64,000 nt of DNA from an uncultured Candidatus Saccharibacteria bacterium (GTDB lineage Bacteria; Patescibacteriota; Saccharimonadia; Saccharimonadales; Saccharimonadaceae), in contig CAURDR010000001.1 of the NCBI GenBank assembly GCA_963523995.1, positions 238,021 to 302,020 on the forward strand, written 5' to 3'. The notes beneath the pieces were generated by a model that was not told where the DNA came from, did no database searches, and worked only from the letters and a program-made list of their open reading frames with translations. Below, in pieces: positions 20,998 to 31,610 of the stretch; positions within the stretch are counted from its first letter, which is position 1; each line of letters begins with the position of its first letter. The translations under genes were made by a program, and so were the position numbers.

Positions 20998-21024
20998 ATT
21001 TTGTCAAAAATGTGGCATAATATA

Positions 21025-23538
21025 TCACAGTGTTGTTTGCAAAGCAGAAAGCACGTCCGCCTTGTCTCGCTCAATCAACTCGACGCGTGCTGATATTTCG
21101 GTAATTCCCAGCTTAATCGTTCTGGCTAGGGCTGGAATATTTTCCATCGGTTCAGAGAATTGCTGAAAATCGTTAAGTTCGTCGGTTGTCAGTAGGGCCG
21201 TAGCTGCATAGCGAATAAAATCGTCGTAACTTTTATCCTCACCAAACGTATCTTCGACCCATACCCAGTTCTCCTTTAACCAATTCCACGCAATCTGGCG
21301 GCTTTCTCTGGTCCGAATCAAATACACAAACCAACGGCTGGCGTCTTGCGGACGGATAACATTAGAATCTTTAATGTTGGTAAGAATTTTTTCTGCGGTT
21401 TCAGGGTTTTTGGTAGAAGTTAGTCCAATTGCAATATCATTCTGCAGGTCATTTGACGGCGTGTTTTTATATGTGGCAAAGAGATTATCAATCATCTCTG
21501 GCGTCTCGAAATGCCTCACGTTTGCGCTGATAATTAAAGCTCGAATTTCTGTCGGTAAGTTTTCCAATTTATTGTTGTCAAATCGCGTTTTCGCCTCGTT
21601 CAAAACTTCTTTATCTTCGCTATACATCATCAAACTCAAAGCCGTGGTGCGCCGTTCTCGGTCGTCATCAGATTCTCCATCTTTTTCATCCCAGCCAAGC
21701 TCTTCAAATGTGGCGCGTGTAAATTCTCCAGAAATTCGCTTTAATGAATCTCTGGCGGCATCATTGTCATCGACGAATTTTCGTAGTTCTGTCAAAGCGC
21801 CAGCCGCCATCCCGAAGACTTTTTCGTTGGTCTCAGTTTTTAGCGACAATGCCAATGGAAGTAGCGACGCCGAGTTTTTAAATCCAGCGCGGGCGAGTAT
21901 TGCCGCGTCTTGTAAGATACAAATCTTATCCAAGGTCGGCAATTCTGTAATGTTTTTCAATAAATATTCGCGAGTTGATTCGTCATATTTGGTGACGAAG
22001 TGGGCGCTTAAGCCGCAGTTTAATTGCAATGGCTTTTCAATAGAAACGGTGGTTTCTTTTTGATCCAAGATTTTTACGTCAAGTGGCTGGTTTGCGAATA
22101 ATGGAATCGGCCATAACGCGTCGGATGGTTGGTGTTCGCCGATGAAGAATCGCTCCTGACTTAAAGTCGCCGCATCGTGACTGCTTGAGACTGATACGAC
22201 AGGAAGGCCAGGTTGGGAAATCCAAGCGTTCATTAAATCGACGATTGGCTGACCGCTCGCTGATTCTAATTCTTGCCATAAATCATTTCCGACGGTGTTT
22301 TTATACGCGAATTTTTCAAAATACGATTTAAGTCCAGCGCGAAATGCTTCTTCACCAATAAGTTTTCTGACCATAACAAGCAGCCGCCCGCCCTTGGCGT
22401 AAACGATTGCTGGGTCGAACAAAGTACTGATTTCGTCTGGATGATTAACGTCGGCTTGAACGGATTGAACGCCATCCAAGCTGTCGCGCCTGAGTGTGGC
22501 CGTTACTTCATTCGTGGCAAAATCTTCCCACATATGCCAATTTGGCTGGAGCGCGTCAATTGCTACATATTCCATCATATTGGCGAAGCTTTCGTTGAGC
22601 CACAAGTCGTTCCACCACTGCATGGTAACCAAATTGCCGAACCATTGATGGCTGAGCTCGTGCGCGATAACCGTAGCAATGAAGCGCCTGGATGATTCCG
22701 GGGTCAATTCTGGGTCCGCAAGCAAACAACTTTCTCGGTAAGTGATTAAACCCCAGTTTTCCATTGCGCCAGAGGAAAAATCGGGAAGAGCGACGTGGTC
22801 GGATTTTGGCAATGGATATTTGACCCCGAAATATTCGTCATAAAAATCAATTGAGCGAGTGGCGATGTCTAACGCAAAATCTAATGTATTTTCATTCTGA
22901 GCTGGTGTTGCCCAGATGTTGACCTCGACGCCAGACTTGGTGCGAGCGGATTTTTTGTGCAACTCACCGATGACGAAAGCCAGAAGGTAACTGCTCATTC
23001 GTGGTGTTTTCTCAAATGTCGTCGTGAGAGAATTGCCATTTTCTTCTTCGTATTTTACGGGCATATTTCCCAAAACCGTTATTCCTGTTCGGGTGACCAG
23101 TGTCAAATCATATTCGGCTTTGGCGGCCGGCTCATCAACGCAAGGGAAAACTTCGCGGGCGTGATGCGATTCAAATTGAGTTGCGAAAAGTTGTTTTTTA
23201 ACGCCGTCGTGAGTGAAGTAGCAAGGATATAAACCGTGCATTGCGTCGGTGACGGTTCCAGAAAAATTGATGTGAATTGTGTGGTTTCCGTTTTTAAGGT
23301 TCGGCTGGGATAGTCTCAATTCGTCAAACTCACCAAATGAAACGTCGGCGGGCTGATTGTCGATTGTGGCTGATTGAATTGTTAAGCCTTTGGAATGTAG
23401 CGAAATTGATTCGCTGGTGGAATCGCCAGAAATGATAACTGTGCCGGAAAATTCTTTTTCCTCGGCGCGCGTTAAATCGAGAGTTAGGTTGTAATGATTT
23501 GGTGTGAATGTGTCGAGTAAGCGTGGAACTTTAGTCAT
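21025..23538 (-). CDS. pepN: M1 family aminopeptidase N
   Basis: GAMEN, HELSH...LNE. Confidence 0.95.
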   Translation of the reverse strand: MTKVPRLLDTFTPNHYNLTLDLTRAEEKEFSGTVIISGDSTSESISLHSKGLTIQSATIDNQPADVSFGEFDELRLSQPNLKNGNHTIHINFSGTVTDAMHGLYPCYFTHDGVKKQLFATQFESHHAREVFPCVDEPAAKAEYDLTLVTRTGITVLGNMPVKYEEENGNSLTTTFEKTPRMSSYLLAFVIGELHKKSARTKSGVEVNIWATPAQNENTLDFALDIATRSIDFYDEYFGVKYPLPKSDHVALPDFSSGAMENWGLITYRESCLLADPELTPESSRRFIATVIAHELSHQWFGNLVTMQWWNDLWLNESFANMMEYVAIDALQPNWHMWEDFATNEVTATLRRDSLDGVQSVQADVNHPDEISTLFDPAIVYAKGGRLLVMVRKLIGEEAFRAGLKSYFEKFAYKNTVGNDLWQELESASGQPIVDLMNAWISQPGLPVVSVSSSHDAATLSQERFFIGEHQPSDALWPIPLFANQPLDVKILDQKETTVSIEKPLQLNCGLSAHFVTKYDESTREYLLKNITELPTLDKICILQDAAILARAGFKNSASLLPLALSLKTETNEKVFGMAAGALTELRKFVDDNDAARDSLKRISGEFTRATFEELGWDEKDGESDDDRERRTTALSLMMYSEDKEVLNEAKTRFDNNKLENLPTEIRALIISANVRHFETPEMIDNLFATYKNTPSNDLQNDIAIGLTSTKNPETAEKILTNIKDSNVIRPQDASRWFVYLIRTRESRQIAWNWLKENWVWVEDTFGEDKSYDDFIRYAATALLTTDELNDFQQFSEPMENIPALARTIKLGITEISARVELIERDKADVLSALQTTL

Positions 23539-23558
23539 AATTTAATTATAATACAGTC

Positions 23559-24251
23559 ATGAGGGTGAATAAAATACGACGTCGGCAAGTGGTGATTGCG
23601 CTGGTGATTCTGGTGGCTGGCGTGGCGGTTTGGGCTTCACGAATTTCACAGCCCGAGCCTCAGACAATTCAAACTTCAACGCAACGAGAATTATTTGGCA
23701 ATTCGAATGCTAAAGCGGAATTGGAAAAAATAGAAGTTAAAGGACGTGCGCCAAAAACTGGTTATTCCAGAAAGCAATTCGGCAACGGCTGGGGCAAAAT
23801 TAACGGCTGTTCCGTACGAGAAGTGATTCTGGCGCGAGATTTGACGAATGAGAAAATTGATGAAAAATGTCGAGTTTTATCGGGTGTGCTGAATGATCCG
23901 TACACTGGTCAAATAATCCAATTTCAGCGCGGCGAAAAAACTAGTTCTAAGGTTCAGATTGATCATGTAGTGGCTTTGAGCGATGCTTGGCAAAAGGGCG
24001 CGCAGCAAATTTCTCCAGAAGAGCGAGAGAAATTGGCGAATGATCCGTTAAATCTGTTGGCGGTTGACGGCCCAGCAAATCAAGCCAAAGGCGACGGCGA
24101 TGCGGCGACTTGGCTACCGAGTAATAAACCTTTTAGATGTCAATATATTGCGCGACAAGTGGCTGTGAAACGAAAATATCGCTTGTGGGTAACGGAAGCT
24201 GAAAAAAGCGCGATGTCGGGAATCCTGGAAAAGTGTACTGAAGTAAATTGA
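23559..24251 (+). CDS. Membrane-anchored HNH nuclease (DUF1524-like)
   Basis: N-terminal TM; DPYTG, IDHVVAL, ANDPLNLLAV, NQAKGD. Confidence 0.85.
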   Translation: MRVNKIRRRQVVIALVILVAGVAVWASRISQPEPQTIQTSTQRELFGNSNAKAELEKIEVKGRAPKTGYSRKQFGNGWGKINGCSVREVILARDLTNEKIDEKCRVLSGVLNDPYTGQIIQFQRGEKTSSKVQIDHVVALSDAWQKGAQQISPEEREKLANDPLNLLAVDGPANQAKGDGDAATWLPSNKPFRCQYIARQVAVKRKYRLWVTEAEKSAMSGILEKCTEVN

Positions 24252-24281
24252 CAAAACATATTTTTATAATAGAATGATAGA

Positions 24282-24740
24282 ATGAATCCTGAAATATATC
24301 TTACTAAATTGTCGGTGAATGATGATGAGGCTTTGGAACGGGCGGCTTTGGCTCATTCGGAGTCTGTTTTGGGCTGCGAGTTTACGGATGGCGCGAAAAA
24401 GGATTTAATAGAATATATAGAAGACTGGAATAATTACTATGGTAGCGATGTTTTTGCTATCGATACTTCTGGTGAAGAGTTATCATCTGGGCTTATGACT
24501 GTATGCTCTAAAGGTGACGGCGAGATTACTATAGAAGACCTTTTTGTTAGGGAAGCTGCGCGCAAGCGAGGAATTGGTCGGGCGGCTATTGAAGCTTTGG
24601 CCAGTGAATATCCAGATGCGTGTGCCGTCAAATTGTATTCCTTGAAATCCGCTGAAGGATTTTACCAAAGAATTGGCTTTGACCGAGTGTCGCCGGCTGA
24701 TAATAAGTGTTTATCTCTTTGGCGAAAAGAATTGGATTGA
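24282..24740 (+). CDS. GNAT family acetyltransferase
   Basis: LFVREAARKRGIG, AEGFYQRIGF. Confidence 0.85.
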   Translation: MNPEIYLTKLSVNDDEALERAALAHSESVLGCEFTDGAKKDLIEYIEDWNNYYGSDVFAIDTSGEELSSGLMTVCSKGDGEITIEDLFVREAARKRGIGRAAIEALASEYPDACAVKLYSLKSAEGFYQRIGFDRVSPADNKCLSLWRKELD

Positions 24741-24807
24741 CAGAATAAAATCTTTCCGCTATAATAGAAAAGTACTCATCCGGCCGGCAGGTCGGAGTTT
24801 TTCGTTT
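24737..24807 (+). promoter_or_regulatory. Consensus sigma70 promoter and leader hairpin with T tract upstream of nusA
   Basis: TTGACA(24737-42)-17 nt-TATAAT(24760-65); tccggcc-ggca-ggtcgga-gttttt. Confidence 0.7.
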
Positions 24808-24856
24808 ATGGAAGTTTGAGACGGAAAAAGATATAATTAATAAGAAGGAGAATGTA

Positions 24857-25978
24857 ATGGAAGACTTGAACATTAAGCAGTTGACGTTGGCAGTGCGTAC
24901 GATTGCTGAGGAAAAAAACTTGCCAGAAGAAACAGTTTTGAGCGTGATTGAGCAGGCGATTGCGGCGGCTTGGCGTCGTGATAATGGTACGCGAGATCAG
25001 TTGGTTCGCGCAAGCTTGAATATCAATAACGGTACGGCTGTCGTGTCGGTTGTTAAAACTGTTGTTGAAGAAGTTGAGAATGACGCCAATCAAATCGATC
25101 TAGAGGAAGCTAAGGAAATAGATCCTGCGATTGAACTTGGCGGTGAAGTTGTGATGGAAACTCATAACGTGACGACTTTTGGCCGAGTTGCGGCTCAGAC
25201 CGCTAAGCAAGTGATTTTGCAGCGTCTGCGCGAAGCTGAGCGTGAAGTTGTTTTGGCGGAATTTGAGGATAAAATCGGTACGGTTGTTATCGGTACAGTT
25301 CAGCGAGTTGAGCCACGCGTTGTGCGAATTGAGCTGGGCAAGGCTGTCGGAATTATGCCTCAGAGTGAGCAAATTCCTGGTGAATATTACGGCGTTGGTC
25401 GTCGAATTAAGGTTTATATTAAGGATATTGAGCGCGAAGGTCGCGGTCCTCAGTTGATTCTTAGCCGCGGCAATGAAGAGTTTGTGCGATTCTTGTTCAA
25501 TCAAGAAGTCCCAGAGATGGAAACTGGTGCAGTTGAGATTAAGGCAATCGCTCGCGAAGCTGGTCGCCGAACCAAATTGGCAGTTTCTTCAGCGCTACCT
25601 GGCGTTGATCCAGTTGGTACGTTTGTTGGTGGTCACGGCGCCCGCGTTCAGGCTGTGATGAATGAAATTGGCGAGCAGGAAAAAATTGACATTATTCCAT
25701 ACGAGGAAGATGCGGCTGGATTTATTGCTAATGCGATGAGCCCAGCAGAGGTTTTGAGTGTGGCTGTCAATGAAGATGAGAAGCGTGCGACGGTTTACGT
25801 TAGCGAAGATCAGCAGTCGATAGCAATTGGTCGCGCTGGACAGAATGTTCGCTTGGCAAGTCGATTGACTGGCTATGAATTAGACATCGAAGCAAAAGCT
25901 CCTGTTAAGACAGAGCCAAAACCTCGAAAGAATATTGAGGATAGCTTGATGAGCGTAGTTGAGGAGGTGGCGGAATAA
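24857..25978 (+). CDS. nusA: Transcription factor NusA
   Basis: FGRVAAQTAKQVI, S1 domain, KH domains AREAGRRTK and AIGRAGQNVRLASRLTG. Confidence 0.97.
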   Translation: MEDLNIKQLTLAVRTIAEEKNLPEETVLSVIEQAIAAAWRRDNGTRDQLVRASLNINNGTAVVSVVKTVVEEVENDANQIDLEEAKEIDPAIELGGEVVMETHNVTTFGRVAAQTAKQVILQRLREAEREVVLAEFEDKIGTVVIGTVQRVEPRVVRIELGKAVGIMPQSEQIPGEYYGVGRRIKVYIKDIEREGRGPQLILSRGNEEFVRFLFNQEVPEMETGAVEIKAIAREAGRRTKLAVSSALPGVDPVGTFVGGHGARVQAVMNEIGEQEKIDIIPYEEDAAGFIANAMSPAEVLSVAVNEDEKRATVYVSEDQQSIAIGRAGQNVRLASRLTGYELDIEAKAPVKTEPKPRKNIEDSLMSVVEEVAE

Positions 25979-26018
25979 GCTGCCTTCTGCGAATCGCCGA
26001 AAACGAAAGGAGGGCGAT

Positions 26019-28475
26019 ATGTCAGAAGATTTTTCTGAATTAGAACCTCGGCTGACGGAAACGGCTCGAGCCAGTTTGGGGCGGGCTGGTTTTCTGGCGC
26101 ATAATGAGGGTAGTGAATATGTTGGCACGGAGCATATTCTGCTTGGTGTGTTGGCGCAGAATTCGTCATTGGGCGCAAAGATTTTGGCGGAAAATGGCGT
26201 AACTTTGGATCGGGCGGAAATGGCATTGAATCTGACCGCAAAGCCGCTGGTGATTACGATTGTAAGTAAGGGTTTGAGCGCTGAAGTTGTTGAATTGATA
26301 AGAATTGCTTGGCAATTAGCGGTTGAATTTGGGCAGGAAAAAATTGGCACGGAACACATCGTTTATGGAATGCTGCAGCAGCACGAGGCGCGAGCGACTA
26401 AATTGCTGCGGGATATGAATATTGACATTGATAATCTGCGTGGAAGTTTGGAAGATGTGTTTGATAAACAGCAGTTTGAATCTCTGCAGAGTGAGCGCAG
26501 TACGGCGAGTAAAAATTCTGGCGATCTGCGAGTTTTGGAGAAATTCGGTGTCGATTTGACGCGACGCGCCAGCGAAGGATTTTTGGATCCGGTGATTGGT
26601 CGAGCGTCGGAAATTCAGCGAATGATCACGATTTTAGGCAGGCGGAGCAAGAATAATCCAGCGCTAATTGGCGAACCTGGCGTCGGTAAAACTGCGGTCG
26701 TTGAAGGTTTGGCGCAGAGGATTGCTGATAATAAAGTTCCCGAATTTTTGAAGGGCAAGCGACTTTTTCAATTGGATCTGACGGCGATGATTGCGGGGAC
26801 GAAATATCGCGGGCAATTTGAGGAGCGATTGCAAAAAGTTCTGGCGGTCGCCAAAAAACATCAAGAAGTTATTTTGTTTATTGACGAGTTGCATCTGTTG
26901 GTTGGCGCTGGTTCGGCCGAAGGTTCGATGGACGCGGCAAATGTATTGAAGCCAGCGTTGTCGCGAGGCGAGGTGCGACTAATTGGCGCGACGACGTTTG
27001 ATGAATATCGAAAACATATCGAAAAAGACGCTGCGTTGTCACGGCGCTTCCAATCTGTGACGGTCAATGAGCCGTCGCCAGAAGAGGCGGTGGAGATGAT
27101 GCGAGGCTTGAGAGGAAAATTAGCCAAACATCATCAAGTTCAAATTCCTGACGAAATGCTGACTGAGGCGGTGGATTTGAGCCAGCGTTACGTGACGGAG
27201 CGATTTTTGCCAGATAAGGCGATTGACGTGATTGACGAGGCGGCGAGTTTATTGAAGTCTAGTTCGCCAATAAAATTGTCGCGCAAGGATAAGTTGGCTC
27301 GCCAAATTAAGCGATTGGCTGGGAAAATTGACGCCGCGGTCGAGGCTGAGGATTATGAAAAAGCCGCAGAGTTTAAGATGCAAATGCGACAATTGGAATT
27401 GCAAGCCGAAGCGCTGAAAGATGAAGCCAGTGATAAACCTGTGTTGACTGATGAATATTTGCGTCGGGCGGTTTCGGCGATGACGAATATTCCGATTGAT
27501 AGATTATCGTTAAATCAGATGAAGGATTTGATTCGCCTGGAGAAGCGACTGAGTCAAAGCGTTCTTGGTCAGAATGAAGCAATTGAGCAACTGGCGCGCG
27601 CGATTCGTCGCAATAAAGCTGGGCTAAATCGTCAGAGTGGGCCGCTTGGGTCGTTTATCTTTCTGGGACCGACCGGAGTTGGTAAGACGGAATTGGCGCG
27701 AGTTCTGGCGCGGGAAGTTTTTGGCGGCGAGGATAGCTTGATTAAAATTGACATGAGCGAGTTTTCCGAGCGCCACGCGGCTAGTCGTCTTGTCGGCGCG
27801 CCGGCTGGTTATGTTGGCTATGAGGATGGCGGGAAATTAACGGATAAAGTTCGTCGTCGACCATATAGCGTGGTGCTGTTCGATGAAATTGAAAAGGCGC
27901 ATCCTGACGTTCTGAATTTGCTTTTGCAAATTCTGGAGGACGGCAAGTTAAGCGATTCTCACGGACGAACGGTGAGTTTTCGGCAGACGATTATTATCTT
28001 GACGAGCAACGTCGGCGCTGAACAAATGATTCAGGATTCGGAGCTGGGATTTGGTGCGTCTGGGCAGAAAAAGTCGGCTAGCAAAACTCGTCACGAGAAA
28101 AATTCGCGTGCCGCTCTGCGTGAGCTTGAGGAGTTTTTGCGTCCAGAATTGATTGGTAGATTTGATAACATGATTACATTTAAGCCGTTGTCTCGCTCGA
28201 TCGTGCGAAAGATTTTTGACAATCTCACGTCTGATTTGGTCGAGGCTGTCGCTCAGCATGGAATGACGCTTGATATTACTTCTTCGGCGAAGCGTTGGTT
28301 GATTGATCGGGGATTTGACGAGCAACGCGGCGTGCGAGTTTTAAGACGAACAATTCAGTCAGAGCTGGCGGATCCGCTGAGCGATGTTTTATTGTCCAAT
28401 AAAGCAAAACCTGGCGACACGCTGGAGGCTAAAATTGATAATGATAAGGTGGTGATTAATGTCAATCGTGCGTAA
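26019..28475 (+). CDS. clpC: ATP-dependent Clp protease ATP-binding subunit ClpC
   Basis: Clp-N repeats (TEHILLG), two AAA domains ([16 protein letters not shown]), UVR motif; start at ATG 26019 after GGAGG. Confidence 0.93.
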   Translation: MSEDFSELEPRLTETARASLGRAGFLAHNEGSEYVGTEHILLGVLAQNSSLGAKILAENGVTLDRAEMALNLTAKPLVITIVSKGLSAEVVELIRIAWQLAVEFGQEKIGTEHIVYGMLQQHEARATKLLRDMNIDIDNLRGSLEDVFDKQQFESLQSERSTASKNSGDLRVLEKFGVDLTRRASEGFLDPVIGRASEIQRMITILGRRSKNNPALIGEPGVGKTAVVEGLAQRIADNKVPEFLKGKRLFQLDLTAMIAGTKYRGQFEERLQKVLAVAKKHQEVILFIDELHLLVGAGSAEGSMDAANVLKPALSRGEVRLIGATTFDEYRKHIEKDAALSRRFQSVTVNEPSPEEAVEMMRGLRGKLAKHHQVQIPDEMLTEAVDLSQRYVTERFLPDKAIDVIDEAASLLKSSSPIKLSRKDKLARQIKRLAGKIDAAVEAEDYEKAAEFKMQMRQLELQAEALKDEASDKPVLTDEYLRRAVSAMTNIPIDRLSLNQMKDLIRLEKRLSQSVLGQNEAIEQLARAIRRNKAGLNRQSGPLGSFIFLGPTGVGKTELARVLAREVFGGEDSLIKIDMSEFSERHAASRLVGAPAGYVGYEDGGKLTDKVRRRPYSVVLFDEIEKAHPDVLNLLLQILEDGKLSDSHGRTVSFRQTIIILTSNVGAEQMIQDSELGFGASGQKKSASKTRHEKNSRAALRELEEFLRPELIGRFDNMITFKPLSRSIVRKIFDNLTSDLVEAVAQHGMTLDITSSAKRWLIDRGFDEQRGVRVLRRTIQSELADPLSDVLLSNKAKPGDTLEAKIDNDKVVINVNRA

Positions 28476-29439
28476 AATATTCAGCGTTCTCACGCCGATA
28501 ATTGTACTTTCTGTTGCAGTTTTTGTGATGGCGAATCGTCAGCAAATTATTGACGAGATTGCGCTGTGGCAATATAAGCCGAGCGCGGAAATTGTTGCTA
28601 TTGCTGATCGCGTAAAGATGTCGGATGTTGGTAGGAAAATGTTCTATGTTTCTAATCCACAAATCAAATCGGCGAATGAATTTAACGAAGATTGCCGGCG
28701 TGTGGAAAAGGGAAATGCAATTTTGGGTTGTTACAATCCGTCGTCTAGGGATATTTATATTTATAACGTGACCAATTCTGAGCTTGACGGCGTGAAGGAA
28801 GTGACGGCGGCGCATGAGATGTTGCACGCTGCCTGGGAAAGGCTGGGTACGTCGGAAAAATCTCATTTGAGCGAGCTTTTGGAGCAGGCTTATAATAATG
28901 TGAAAAATAAGAAATTGTCCGAGCGTATGGAATATTATGATCGTGCGCAACCTGGGACGAGAGCTAACGAGTTGCATTCGATTTTAGGGACGGAATTTGC
29001 CAATTTGGGCGACGAGCTGGAAGAATATTATCGACGGTATTTTACTGATAGATCCGAAGTCGTGAAATTGCACGCGCAATATCAAGAAAAATTTGAATCC
29101 AGAGAAAATGAAGCGCAGAAATTGAGCGAGTCGTTGAAGGTTCGAAAGGAAAAACTGAACAGAGAATTATCGCAATATTCAACTGATCTGGCGGATTATA
29201 ATAGTCGCGTGGCGGACTTTAATCGGCGAGCGGGCGTTAGTGGCGGATTTTTGTCGCAGAGTGATTTTTATAGTCAACGCCAAGCCTTGAAGGCGGAACT
29301 CTCGGAGTTGAACGAAAGGCGTGCCAATTTGAATTCTGATATCAATTCTTATAATTCTGATGTTTTGCGGCTTAGAGAATTAGGCGTGCAGATTGATGAA
29401 TTGAATAAAAGTTTGGATAGTTTGGAGGGGGCGAAATAA
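28459..29439 (+). CDS. Membrane-anchored putative zinc metallopeptidase with C-terminal coiled coil
   Basis: N-terminal TM, AAHEMLHAA (HExxH), downstream NELHS. Confidence 0.7.
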   Translation: MSIVRKIFSVLTPIIVLSVAVFVMANRQQIIDEIALWQYKPSAEIVAIADRVKMSDVGRKMFYVSNPQIKSANEFNEDCRRVEKGNAILGCYNPSSRDIYIYNVTNSELDGVKEVTAAHEMLHAAWERLGTSEKSHLSELLEQAYNNVKNKKLSERMEYYDRAQPGTRANELHSILGTEFANLGDELEEYYRRYFTDRSEVVKLHAQYQEKFESRENEAQKLSESLKVRKEKLNRELSQYSTDLADYNSRVADFNRRAGVSGGFLSQSDFYSQRQALKAELSELNERRANLNSDINSYNSDVLRLRELGVQIDELNKSLDSLEGAK

Positions 29440-30788
29440 TGGCGAAAGCTCGAAGTCAATTTATTTGTCAGCAGTGTGGGGCTAGCTTTTCAAAGTGGGC
29501 TGGCAGGTGTGAAAATTGCGGGGAATGGAATTCGCTAGTCGAGCAGGTCGTTTCTTCTGGCGGGTCGTCCGTTGTTGATAAATCGGCTGGACGCGGCAAG
29601 GTCTTAAAAACGTCTAGCATTCGTGAAGCTGCTTCTGAGCCTGGGCTAGAAAGATTAAGCACTGGAATTGACGATTTGGACGCTGTTTTGGGTGGCGGTT
29701 TTCTGGTTGGCGGCGTGGTGTTGGTGGCGGGTCAGCCAGGAATTGGAAAGAGTACACTTTTGGCGCAAGTTGCGGCACATATCGCCAAGACAAAATCGGT
29801 GTTATATGTAAGCGGTGAGGAATCGGTTTCTCAAGTGAAGCTTCGTGCGGAGCGTTTGGGTGCGGCTGATTCGGAAAAAATGCAGCTCGCCTCCAGTAAT
29901 AGCGCGGAAGATATTGCGGCGTCAATTCAGCAAGGCGGATATGATCTGGCAATTGTCGATTCAGTTCAAACGATTTCTCTCAGCGAGATTTCCTCGGCCC
30001 CAGGGTCGGTTAGTCAGATTACCAACTCGTCAAATGTAATTATTCGTGCCGCCAAAGCTTCGGGTACGGCGGTGATTTTGGTTGGTCACGTCACCAAAGA
30101 GGGTTCAATTGCTGGTCCGAAGATATTGGAGCATTTGGTGGATGTTGTACTGAACTTTGAGGGCGATCGATATGGTGGTTTTCGAGTCGTTCGTGCGCAG
30201 AAGAATCGATATGGTTCGACTAACGAAGCGGCGATTTTTGAGATGGACGAGCAGGGACTAAGAATCGTGAAGAATCCGTCGGCGGAACTTCTGGCGGAGC
30301 GTCAGAATCTGGATGGCTCAATTGTGTCGGCGACCATGGAAGGCGCACGCCCGCTTTTGGTGGAAATTCAGGCGCTGGTCAATCCGACGAATTTTGGCTA
30401 TCCTAAGCGCACGGCGAGTGGTTTTGATCTGAATCGATTGAATCTGTTGGTGGCGGTTTTGGAGAAGCGAACGAAGTTAAAATTGGCGGACAAAGATATT
30501 TATGTCAATGTAGTTGGCGGCCTGAAACTAAATGATCCAGCGGCCGATTTGGCTGTGGCGATGGCGATTGCTAGCGCTAGCGCTGGGCGAAGTCTGGACG
30601 AAGATGCCGTGGTGTTTGGCGAAATTGGTTTGGGTGGTGAGATTCGCTCGGCGACGAATTGGCAAGCTCGAATCAAGGAAGCGAAGAAACTAGGCTTCAC
30701 TTATGCGATTGCGCCGAAAGTTCATAAAGATAAATTTATAAAAGGCGTCAGCGATATGCGACAGGCGCTGATTGACTATTTACAATAG
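29439..30788 (+). CDS. radA: DNA repair protein RadA/Sms
   Basis: C4 zinc finger, GQPGIGKST, KNRYG, Lon-like C-terminus. Confidence 0.96.
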   Translation: MAKARSQFICQQCGASFSKWAGRCENCGEWNSLVEQVVSSGGSSVVDKSAGRGKVLKTSSIREAASEPGLERLSTGIDDLDAVLGGGFLVGGVVLVAGQPGIGKSTLLAQVAAHIAKTKSVLYVSGEESVSQVKLRAERLGAADSEKMQLASSNSAEDIAASIQQGGYDLAIVDSVQTISLSEISSAPGSVSQITNSSNVIIRAAKASGTAVILVGHVTKEGSIAGPKILEHLVDVVLNFEGDRYGGFRVVRAQKNRYGSTNEAAIFEMDEQGLRIVKNPSAELLAERQNLDGSIVSATMEGARPLLVEIQALVNPTNFGYPKRTASGFDLNRLNLLVAVLEKRTKLKLADKDIYVNVVGGLKLNDPAADLAVAMAIASASAGRSLDEDAVVFGEIGLGGEIRSATNWQARIKEAKKLGFTYAIAPKVHKDKFIKGVSDMRQALIDYLQ

Positions 30789-30798
30789 AAAGGGAAAA

Positions 30799-31605
30799 AT
30801 GAAAGATTTTTACGGATTGATAATAATTATGATGCTGCTTGGCTTGGCGGCCGAAGTTTATTTCTTGGCAAAACCGCGACGAAATTCATCTGTGGGCGCG
30901 GCGCCGATTTTGGTCGATACGTCAGTACTCATGGATGGGCGAGTGACTGAACTAGCGAAGACTGGATTTCTGCTGGGCAAAATTATTGTGCCAAGGAGCG
31001 TATTGACAGAATTGCAATTATTAGCCGACGGTGCAGACCATGACAAGCGTGAAAGGGCGCGATTCGGCATGGATGTCGTGAAGGAACTTAAGGATATTTT
31101 GAAGTCTTCATTCGAGCTTTACGATGACAATATTCGCGTCCCTGAAGGCGTGGATTCTCGCTTGCTAAAATTGGCGAAGGAGATGGACGCGGCGGTATTG
31201 ACTCTTGATTACAATTTGAATAAGGTGGCACAAGTTGACGGCGTTAAGGTTTTGAATATCAATGAGCTGGCGAAAAGTTTGAGGATGAGCTATTTGCCTG
31301 GTGACGAGCTGGATTTGGAACTGTCGCAGAAGGGGCAAGATTCTCATCAAGCGGTTGGCTATTTGAAAGATGGAACGATGGTGGTTGTCGAGAATGCCAA
31401 GCGCTACATTGGACAAACGAAGAAGATTGAGATTATCCGAAGCTTGCAGACCGACGCTGGAAAAATGATGTTTGCGAAGCTTGTGATTGAACAGAAAAAA
31501 CCTGTAAAGCAGAAGGCTAGCGTTCCTAAAAAGCGCACAAATGGTCGCTCAAAAACATCAGCTCAACACGAGGCTGAGCTGATTAATTTGGTAAATAAAC
31601 AATAG
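30799..31605 (+). CDS. PIN/TRAM domain protein (YacL-like)
   Basis: VDTSVLMDGR, TLDYNLNKVA, VGYLKDGTMVVVE. Confidence 0.88.
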   Translation: MKDFYGLIIIMMLLGLAAEVYFLAKPRRNSSVGAAPILVDTSVLMDGRVTELAKTGFLLGKIIVPRSVLTELQLLADGADHDKRERARFGMDVVKELKDILKSSFELYDDNIRVPEGVDSRLLKLAKEMDAAVLTLDYNLNKVAQVDGVKVLNINELAKSLRMSYLPGDELDLELSQKGQDSHQAVGYLKDGTMVVVENAKRYIGQTKKIEIIRSLQTDAGKMMFAKLVIEQKKPVKQKASVPKKRTNGRSKTSAQHEAELINLVNKQ

Positions 31606-31610
31606 TTTAT

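Noticed and set aside
21374..22063. Long antisense ORFs inside pepN, dnaE (10721-11326), dcd (62631-63257) and others
   Set aside because: Shadow frames of well-supported genes, with no independent signals
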